From Candidatus Cloacimonadales bacterium (GTDB lineage Bacteria; Cloacimonadota; Cloacimonadia; Cloacimonadales; JAIOQZ01), in assembly GCA_963662655.2 (NCBI GenBank), contig CAXXTU010000002.1, forward strand, positions 640,001 through 704,000: 64,000 nt of DNA. The letters are read 5' to 3'. Of this stretch, positions 58,056 through 64,000 are shown in pieces. Every line of letters starts with the position of its first letter. The first letter of the stretch is position 1. A program made the translations under genes and the position numbers. The notes under the pieces are model-generated. The model had not been told where the DNA came from. It saw nothing but the letters and a program-made list of their open reading frames with translations, and searched no databases.

Positions 58056-58775
58056 TTACGGATGAATAAAGGTACCCATCGTCTTAGACATTATCGCCTT
58101 CTGGAGACTTCCGGCCTCGTTGATGTTGAACACCTTGAGAGGAATCTCGTAATCACGGGCAAGCGAAAACGCCGTCATGTCCATTACCTGAAGCTTGCGA
58201 GCGAGAATCTCGTCAAAGGTAATATCGGGAATGAATTCTGCATTGGGATTCTTCACCGGATCGTCGCTGTAAACGCCATCGACTTTCGTGCCCTTCATCA
58301 CCAGATCCGCGTTGAGCTCCGTTGCACGGAGGACGGCCGCAGTGTCCGTGGTGAAGTAGGGATTACCTGTTCCGGCGCAGAAGATACAAATCTTGCCTTC
58401 TCGGAGGGACTTCTCCGCCCGATCGTGCGTGTAGAACATCGCTACCTTGTCCATCTGTACGGCAGAATAGATATCGGCGTGGTAGTTGCGATTGCGAAGA
58501 TACTCGGCGAGAACGAGCGCGTTCTGAACCGTCGCCAGCATTCCGATGTGGTCTGCCGTGACGCGCCGCACTTCGGCGTCCGCCTGGCCGCCGCGGTAGA
58601 TGTTTCCACCACCGAGAACCAGCCCGAGGCTGAGGCCTTCACGACGAACCTGAATGATATCTTCGGCAATACGAACCAATACGTCGTTATCGTAACCGAA
58701 AGACTTACCGCCGGCGAACACTTCTCCGCTGACTTTGACTATTACGCGATGTACTTTTTCCGGTGAGTAATTCAT
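58056..58775 (-). CDS. pyrH: UMP kinase
   Basis: KVSGE, GGGNIYRG, GNPYFTTD, VMDMTA. Confidence 0.97.
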   Translation of the reverse strand: MNYSPEKVHRVIVKVSGEVFAGGKSFGYDNDVLVRIAEDIIQVRREGLSLGLVLGGGNIYRGGQADAEVRRVTADHIGMLATVQNALVLAEYLRNRNYHADIYSAVQMDKVAMFYTHDRAEKSLREGKICIFCAGTGNPYFTTDTAAVLRATELNADLVMKGTKVDGVYSDDPVKNPNAEFIPDITFDEILARKLQVMDMTAFSLARDYEIPLKVFNINEAGSLQKAIMSKTMGTFIHP

Positions 58776-58777
58776 GC

Positions 58778-59374
58778 TTACGCCTCGCCTAAGGACCAGC
58801 GTACGAAACGTGCGACCTGGATGTTCTCTCCGAGTTTGGCGACTGCGTCGGTTACGATGTTCCCAACGGTCTTGTCAGGGTCCTTTACGAATTCCTGTTT
58901 GAGGAGGCAGTGCTGCTGTTTGTACTTGGCAACCTGGCCTTCCACGATGCGATCGACGATGTTCTCAGGTTTGCCTTCGTTGAGGGCCTTGTTGCGATAA
59001 ATCTCGGCTTCCTTTTCGATGAGAGCCTGATCGAGACCGTTCTCGTCAACTGCCAGTGGGTTGGTCGCGGCGATGTGCATCGCGATGTCCTTGCAAAGGT
59101 CCTGGAAAGCGTCGGTGCGTGAAACGAAGTCTGTTTCGCAGTTGACTTCGACCAGCACGCCGATCTTGCCGTTGGTGTGAATGTATGAGTAGATCAAACC
59201 TTCGCTTGTCGAGCGTTCGGCTTTCGCCTCGGCTTTGCTGATGCCCTTTTCGCGGAGGTATTTGATCGCCTTTTCCATATCGCCGTCGGAGTGGGTAAGG
59301 GCCTTTTTACAGTCCATCATTCCAACGCCGGTTTTCTCTCTTAATTCTTTTACCATTTGTGCTGTAATGTTCAT
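58778..59374 (-). CDS. tsf: Elongation factor Ts (short form)
   Basis: VKELREKTGVGMMDCKKAL, NCETDFV. Confidence 0.97.
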   Translation of the reverse strand: MNITAQMVKELREKTGVGMMDCKKALTHSDGDMEKAIKYLREKGISKAEAKAERSTSEGLIYSYIHTNGKIGVLVEVNCETDFVSRTDAFQDLCKDIAMHIAATNPLAVDENGLDQALIEKEAEIYRNKALNEGKPENIVDRIVEGQVAKYKQQHCLLKQEFVKDPDKTVGNIVTDAVAKLGENIQVARFVRWSLGEA

Positions 59375-59443
59375 GAATCCCCCATTATCAATAAGGATAT
59401 GTTTTATAATTTCAAAGGTTCCGCTCTTGGGCGGATATTATAC

Positions 59444-59468
59444 AAAAGGGAGAGACAGCGTCTCTCCC
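59444..59468 (-). terminator. Hairpin/terminator between rpsB and tsf
   Basis: GGGAGAGAC/GTCTCTCCC stem plus T4 on the minus strand. Confidence 0.65.
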
Positions 59469-59475
59469 TCAAGGA

Positions 59476-60393
59476 TTATTCGCTGACCTCAACAGGCGTG
59501 TCTTCACGCTTTATGCGCTTGGGCTTGACTGTTTTCTCGCGAGGTTTCTTCTCTTCTTCGTCTTCTTCGTCCGTTTTCTTGCGGGCACGCTTTTTCGACT
59601 TGTCATCCACATCTTCGGAATCGATTTCGACTTCTGTTTCTTCCGATTCTTGGCCAAGAAGCTCGGCGGCTGAATCGGGCATTTCCGCTGCGTCGATAGC
59701 GCCTTCAGCGCTAATCTGACGACCTTCGAGAACAGCTTGTGACATGATTCCGGCGATCAGGTGGATCGCGCGGATCGCGTCGTCGTTCGACGGGATCACG
59801 TAGTCTATTGGATCCGGATCGCAGTTGGTGTCGACCATACCCACGATTGGGATACCGAGGACTTTCGCTTCGTGTACGGCAATTTCTTCGTTCATCGTAT
59901 CGACGATGAATACAGCGCCCGGCAGGCGATCCATGCCACGGATACCGCCGAGTGATTTCTCGATCTTGTCGTGCTTGCGGCGCATGCGGGTCGCTTCAAG
60001 CTTGGTGAAGTTCTTGATCGTACCGTTTTCTTCGATTTCTTCGAAGTATTCCATGGTCTCAACGCTGTTGCGGATGGTCTTCATGTTGGTGAGCATTCCG
60101 CCGTACCAGCGATTGTTTACGAAGAAGGCGCCGCATTTCTTGGCGCTTTGCTCGACGGCGTCGGCAGCTTGCTTCTTCGTTCCAACAAAGAGGATGTAAT
60201 CGCCCTTCGCCGCTGTTTCTTTCAAGAACATGTAGGCTTCGTTGATGGCATCCACGGTCTGCTTGAGATCAAGGATGTGAATACCGTTTCTCTTTATAAA
60301 GATGAACTTCTTCATCTTGGGGTTCCACTTGTGAGTCTGATGACCGAAGTGAACACCTGCTTCCAGCAATTGTTTCATGCTGACTACTGACAT
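59476..60393 (-). CDS. rpsB: 30S ribosomal protein S2 with charged C-terminal extension
   Basis: LLEAGVHFGH, WNPKM, VDTNCDP, PSNDDAIR. Confidence 0.97.
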   Translation of the reverse strand: MSVVSMKQLLEAGVHFGHQTHKWNPKMKKFIFIKRNGIHILDLKQTVDAINEAYMFLKETAAKGDYILFVGTKKQAADAVEQSAKKCGAFFVNNRWYGGMLTNMKTIRNSVETMEYFEEIEENGTIKNFTKLEATRMRRKHDKIEKSLGGIRGMDRLPGAVFIVDTMNEEIAVHEAKVLGIPIVGMVDTNCDPDPIDYVIPSNDDAIRAIHLIAGIMSQAVLEGRQISAEGAIDAAEMPDSAAELLGQESEETEVEIDSEDVDDKSKKRARKKTDEEDEEEKKPREKTVKPKRIKREDTPVEVSE

Positions 60394-60559
60394 CATTTCT
60401 CCTTTGATACGGTTTCTTCCAGGAAAAGGATTTCCGCAATACAATCCCCGTTCAGAGGGACACCGCTTTGCAACTCCCTTTCCGACTCTTTGTTCGTATT
60501 AACGCTTGAAAAGACTGGTCAATCCGCCGCAGGCATGCCGCAGCGAATCCAGCTACGTA

Positions 60560-60946
60560 TTAACGTTTCGAGAATTGGAAGCGCTTACGGGCTTTCGGAC
60601 GCCCTGGTTTCTTACGTTCCACCATACGTGGATCACGAGTGAGCAGCCCGTTTTTCTTCAATACGCCCCGGAGCTCTTCGTCATATTTGCATAAAGCGCG
60701 GGATATCCCATGACGAATTGCGCCTGCTTGCCCTGACAGGCCACCGCCTGCCACGTTTACGCGAAGATCGAATTTCTCGGACATACCGATCAGCTTGAAC
60801 GGTTGTTCCACGATCATTTCCAAAATTTCACGGGCAAGATATTCCTTCATCGGCTTGTCGTTTACAAGACGTTTGCCGGTTCCAGGGGTTAAACGAACGC
60901 GAGCTACTGCATTTTTTCTTCTGCCTGTTGCATCGAAATACTGCAT
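60560..60946 (-). CDS. rpsI: 30S ribosomal protein S9
   Basis: [31 protein letters not shown]. Confidence 0.98.
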   Translation of the reverse strand: MQYFDATGRRKNAVARVRLTPGTGKRLVNDKPMKEYLAREILEMIVEQPFKLIGMSEKFDLRVNVAGGGLSGQAGAIRHGISRALCKYDEELRGVLKKNGLLTRDPRMVERKKPGRPKARKRFQFSKR

Positions 60947-60957
60947 TCAATTTCCTC

Positions 60958-61386
60958 CTACAGTTCCCAGACCTTCGGCTGCTGTGGCGCGTGCGGATGG
61001 TCGGGTCCGGTGTAGACTTTGAGTTTCTTGTAGATTTTTCTTCCTAAAGCGTTCTTGGGGAGCATCCCCTTAATCGCGTGCTGAATTACGTGTTCCGGTT
61101 TCTCTTCCATCATACGACGGATCGGGGTTTCCTTCAAACCGCCCGGGTAACCGCTATAGCGTTTGTACTTCTTCTGAAGCAGCTTGTTACCGGTAAGTTT
61201 AACCTTTTCCGCGTTGATAATGATGACGTGGTCACCATTATCTAGATTGTGAGAGAAGAACGGTTTGTGCTTACCACGCAGGATTGCAGCGACCATAGAG
61301 GACAATCTTCCCAAAACCTGATCGGTGGCATCGATCACGTACCAATTGTTTTCCAACTGGCTGAGTTTCGGTGTAAATGTTCTCAT
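60958..61386 (-). CDS. rplM: 50S ribosomal protein L13
   Basis: WYVIDA, LGRL, LRGKHKP, GMLPKN; start ATG 61386 after AAGGAG. Confidence 0.97.
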   Translation of the reverse strand: MRTFTPKLSQLENNWYVIDATDQVLGRLSSMVAAILRGKHKPFFSHNLDNGDHVIIINAEKVKLTGNKLLQKKYKRYSGYPGGLKETPIRRMMEEKPEHVIQHAIKGMLPKNALGRKIYKKLKVYTGPDHPHAPQQPKVWEL

Positions 61387-61576
61387 TTCTACTCCTTTTG
61401 ATATTATGAACAATTCCGTATTATAATGTATATAGGCGAGTTGCCTTGATACACACGGATATTGCTGTACACGTGATTTTCTTTTCGGCGCTACGTTAAC
61501 TAACGATGTACCAACGAGAAAATCATAATTACACGAAAACGTGACAAAATATTGACAGTCAAGGATTCGTGTCAAG

Positions 61577-61731
61577 TTATTCACGATTAATCCACGCGGT
61601 TTCCACAAATTATCCACATTCCGGGCGTCCCTCAAAGCCTTTCATGACAGGTGTTCAATATCGTTTTCCACATATCCACAGCGCTTATTATTACTATTAT
61701 CTCTAAAAATCTTAATCGTAATAGTAATAAT
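61577..61731. other. Putative replication origin (oriC-like DnaA-box array plus unwinding module)
   Basis: Boxes TTATTCACG 61577, TAATCCACG 61588, GTTTCCACA 61599, TTATCCACA 61610 (11-bp period); TTTTCCACATATCCACA 61664-61680, then GCGC, then TTATTATTACTATTAT and an AT-rich tract. Confidence 0.75.
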
Positions 61732-61755
61732 CAGTGGAATATTAACCGATAATAG

Positions 61756-61781
61756 GTTTACACATGTCTCAATGTGTCAAC
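61756..61781. other. Candidate tyrosine-recombinase core site
   Basis: GTTTACACAT-gtctca-ATGTGTCAAC: 10-bp inverted arms with 1 mismatch around a 6-bp spacer, 24 bp upstream of the recombinase ATG. Confidence 0.5.
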
Positions 61782-61805
61782 ATTTCGAAATGAGCGAGGT
61801 AACGC

Positions 61806-62375
61806 ATGAATCTAGTTCAACCACTACGTGAGCGCCGTCAGATCGATCTTGTAAAAACCTACCTTCGGAACCACCCACGAAATTCGAAATCTGCCAATCC
61901 ACTTCGCTACTACATGCTTTTTATGCTCGGTATCCATACAGGGTTACGAATATCCGACATCCTGCCGCTGCGCGTGCAGGATGTCATGTACCGTACCCAC
62001 GTTGTAGTCCACGAGCGAAAGACCGGGAAAACGCGTCTCTTCCGGCTTTCGAGCTCATTGCAGCTTGAGCTCGAGGACTATTGCCGCGAGATGAGCCCAG
62101 AAGATTACCTTTTCGGCAACTCCCAAGGTGGTCACCCTCTCGAGACAAATTGCCTGGCAAACTCTGCATGATGCGTGCCGCGCCGTCGGGATCACCGACG
62201 CGATCGGCACGCATACCCTGCGAAAAAACCTTCGGCTATCATCTCTACCAGCAAACCCACGACGTGGCTTTGCTGCAGATGATACCTCAACCACTCGCAT
62301 CCAGCAACAACGCTTAGGTACATAGGAATCATTCAAGATCGAATCGATTCCGCAATCCAAGGACTAGCTCTATGA
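61806..62375 (+). pseudogene. Small tyrosine recombinase (phage integrase family) split by three +1 frameshifts (pseudogene or sequencing indels)
   Basis: TGLRISD and KTGK in the first frame; GTHTLRK in the second; TFGYHLY in the third; LNHS...TLRYIG back in the first, ending TGA 62373-62375. Confidence 0.85.
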
Positions 62376-62566
62376 ACCAAAATACGGCCCATAAACTCAT
62401 CAATCCCATTCCAACCTGTGAATCGTGCAAACGCTACACTCCAGTCAATCACTTCAGCGGGATCTGCTCCAGATATCCTTCAACGAAACGAGATCACGTC
62501 TGCATTCTGAACTACTGCGAACACTGGATCGATCGCAAAACCGAAAAAACGAGGTTCCAACGATGA
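62372..62566 (+). CDS. Small Cys-rich protein (phage/plasmid-like)
   Basis: ATGA overlap with the recombinase stop; CESC...C...CEHW. Confidence 0.6.
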   Translation: MNQNTAHKLINPIPTCESCKRYTPVNHFSGICSRYPSTKRDHVCILNYCEHWIDRKTEKTRFQR

Positions 62567-62856
62567 TAGAACGCTGCTGTCGCACTTGCTCACATTGGGC
62601 ACGTCAAAAGGATCCTGATAGCAAATATTGGTGCCACATTCACAAAGCTTATACGTATCGATCGTCATATTGCCCAAAGTGGCAAGAGCGCCAGGCGCTG
62701 TCATTCGATCCGATTTGTGGTTTCTGTGAATTCTGGGACCGCTCGAGCGACCAGGTTAACCGTCACTGCAAATATCACAACGAGCATACCAACATCGGAG
62801 ATACCTGCCCGGCATGGTTTCTCATCCCAACACTCAAACAATCGGAGGAATCTTGA
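62563..62856 (+). CDS. Small protein with two tandem four-Cys motifs (97 aa)
   Basis: GAGG RBS and ATGA overlap; CRTCSHW..CHIH..CPKW and CGFCEFW..CKYH..CPAW. Confidence 0.7.
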   Translation: MIERCCRTCSHWARQKDPDSKYWCHIHKAYTYRSSYCPKWQERQALSFDPICGFCEFWDRSSDQVNRHCKYHNEHTNIGDTCPAWFLIPTLKQSEES

Positions 62857-63044
62857 TTATTAAAATCTGGCACACTGAACCGAACCGAAATCCATATGTA
62901 CAGAATTACCCGGATTACGAAGGATTCGTCGTTATCCCGCCCGACGAACCGTTCGGCGGCACCGGCTGCCGCATCCGGATCGTCGGCTGGATCCGGGAAG
63001 GCCCCACCGGCCAACATATCCACATGACGGAGAAATCAGCATAA
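62853..63044 (+). CDS. Small hypothetical protein, NYPDYEGFV family copy A (63 aa, TTG start)
   Basis: GGAGG RBS, TTGA overlap; paralogous to 63134-63352. Confidence 0.75.
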   Translation: MIIKIWHTEPNRNPYVQNYPDYEGFVVIPPDEPFGGTGCRIRIVGWIREGPTGQHIHMTEKSA

Positions 63045-63133
63045 GAAACCCCCGCGGCGGCCGGGATGCTAAGCTTCTTGACAACTCTGCATCCCGTCCG
63101 CCAAATTCGAACATCATGACAACGGGGGTTAAC

Positions 63134-63352
63134 ATGATCGTGAACATCTGGAAAACAACTAAGGAATCACACTTCTCAGATAACTACCCAGACTACGAAG
63201 GCTTTGTAGAAGTGAAAGACTCTTCAGGCTCAGAGCACCGTATTCGAGTTATCGGCTGGTATCGAGAACGAAGTGACGGCAATCATATTCACATCGAGAC
63301 CAAGCCAGGCTCAGGCTTCGAAATCTTCGCGAGATCGAACGATAATCCTTGA
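63134..63352 (+). CDS. Small hypothetical protein, NYPDYEGFV family copy B (72 aa)
   Basis: GGGGG before ATG 63134; shares NYPDYEGFV and RIRxxGWxRExxxGxHIH with copy A. Confidence 0.75.
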   Translation: MIVNIWKTTKESHFSDNYPDYEGFVEVKDSSGSEHRIRVIGWYRERSDGNHIHIETKPGSGFEIFARSNDNP

Positions 63353-63455
63353 ACCATGTGAAGACATGGCTTATTGTTCGTTTATGATTTCTCGCGGCGT
63401 ATGAGCCCGCCCACCCGCCCATCTCACGCCGCGAGGCAATCATAAAGGAGATTTC

Positions 63456-63590
63456 ATGACTCGAACAAAACAGCAATTCTCGACGATGAAGTACACGACG
63501 ATGAAGTACACGACGCTGAAGTACACGACGCTGAAGTACACGACGCTGAAGTACACGACGATGAAGCAAAAGGCCCACGGCTTACGCTAA
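63456..63590 (+). CDS. Possible 44-aa repeat peptide (MTRTKQQFST-[M/L]KYTT x5); true reading frame uncertain
   Basis: Strong AAAGGAG RBS; ORF spans the 15-bp repeat; an alternative frame reads D(D/A)EVH repeats. Confidence 0.35.
   Translation: MTRTKQQFSTMKYTTMKYTTLKYTTLKYTTLKYTTMKQKAHGLR
63481..63566. repeat. 15-bp tandem repeat CGACG(A/C)TGAAGTACA, five full copies plus a partial
   Basis: Read directly from the sequence. Confidence 0.95.
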
Positions 63591-64000
63591 AACTAGAACT
63601 AGGTGCCGCTCCTCGGCCACCCAGGGAGAAGGGAGCACGCAGCACACCCCGTAAAGGTTGAATGACGCGCCCCCCCTGAAACCCCCACGGCACACCCAGG
63701 CGCTCAGCCTACCTGAGTCTTTCAGCATACTGAGTCGGTACCCCGAACGCTCCGCCGCAATTGATTGGTCGCTACGCTCCTGAGAGATGCGGCTACGCTG
63801 AAGCGGTAGGGCTCTGTGCGCCCGGCTTCGGCTCGCCCCGTCGGCGGCCTTAGCTCGGTACGCATTACTGAACAGGACAAAGGAGCAGGGGGGCGCTTGC
63901 CTGGCATCGCTTCGGGCGGCAGCAAGAAAGCGCTCAGCGCGCTGCTCTCCCTCAGCGGCCAGATACGGGAGTTCCAAACCTGCGCTTCAATCGCCAGCGC

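Larger units (their letters stand above)
61756..64000 (+). mobile_element. Left part of a probable integrated plasmid/phage-satellite-like element (runs off the window)
   Basis: Recombinase, tiny coupled orphan ORFs, tandem repeat and GC-rich hairpin-dense non-coding DNA, unlike the flanking housekeeping region. Confidence 0.65.

Noticed and set aside
60400..60555. rpsB (S2) autoregulatory leader RNA
   Set aside because: Plausible by position and some pairing, but I could not match the consensus confidently without a covariance-model search
61416..61442. dif-like ATAATGTATAT upstream of rplM
   Set aside because: Only the central 11 nt match E. coli dif; the XerD arm (TTATGTTAAAT) is absent
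61387..61635. Long N-terminal extension of RplM
   Set aside because: L13 homology begins at ATG 61386, which has its own RBS; the extension crosses promoter and origin-like DNA
61806..63450. Integron (integrase plus attC cassettes)
   Set aside because: The recombinase is too short for IntI and co-directional with the ORFs; the hairpins lack RYYYAAC/GTTRRRY ends
63481..63566. Possible CRISPR array
   Set aside because: Contiguous 15-bp units without unique spacers, and no cas genes in the window

Overview
Chromosomal segment of an anaerobic diderm bacterium. The PorU, FlgD/T9SS-type C-terminal domains, split HldE and sAC-like STAND cyclase suggest Candidatus Cloacimonadota or a related FCB lineage (inference). 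Most of the window is housekeeping and envelope genes: nqrB-C-D without an upstream nqrA, hldA/hldC, purF, plsY, der, pgk, ddl, folB/folK, kbl, ppdK, several peptidases and rplM-rpsI-rpsB-tsf-pyrH-frr-ferredoxin. Accessory or unusual parts: (1) an oriC-like locus upstream of rplM (61577-61731) with four 11-bp-phased DnaA boxes and a B. subtilis-type tandem box/GC/DnaA-trio module whose trio tract is mirrored as a perfect 13-bp inverted repeat; (2) directly beside it, a candidate recombinase core site, a frameshifted small tyrosine recombinase and a coupled cluster of tiny Cys-rich and paralogous ORFs separated by hairpins (one loop is a perfect G-quadruplex motif), then a 15-bp tandem repeat; (3) two intergenic four-way-junction elements (8892-9055 and 35145-35322) with the same architecture but different internal sequence; (4) an AT-rich MTase-REase-Vsr cassette sitting exactly at the start codon of a glycosyltransferase gene; (5) a helix-hairpin-helix barrel/OM channel/5'-nucleotidase operon; (6) a secreted protein/FecR/OM barrel/CHASE2 cyclase cluster. 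All calls come from reading motifs by eye; no searches were run.
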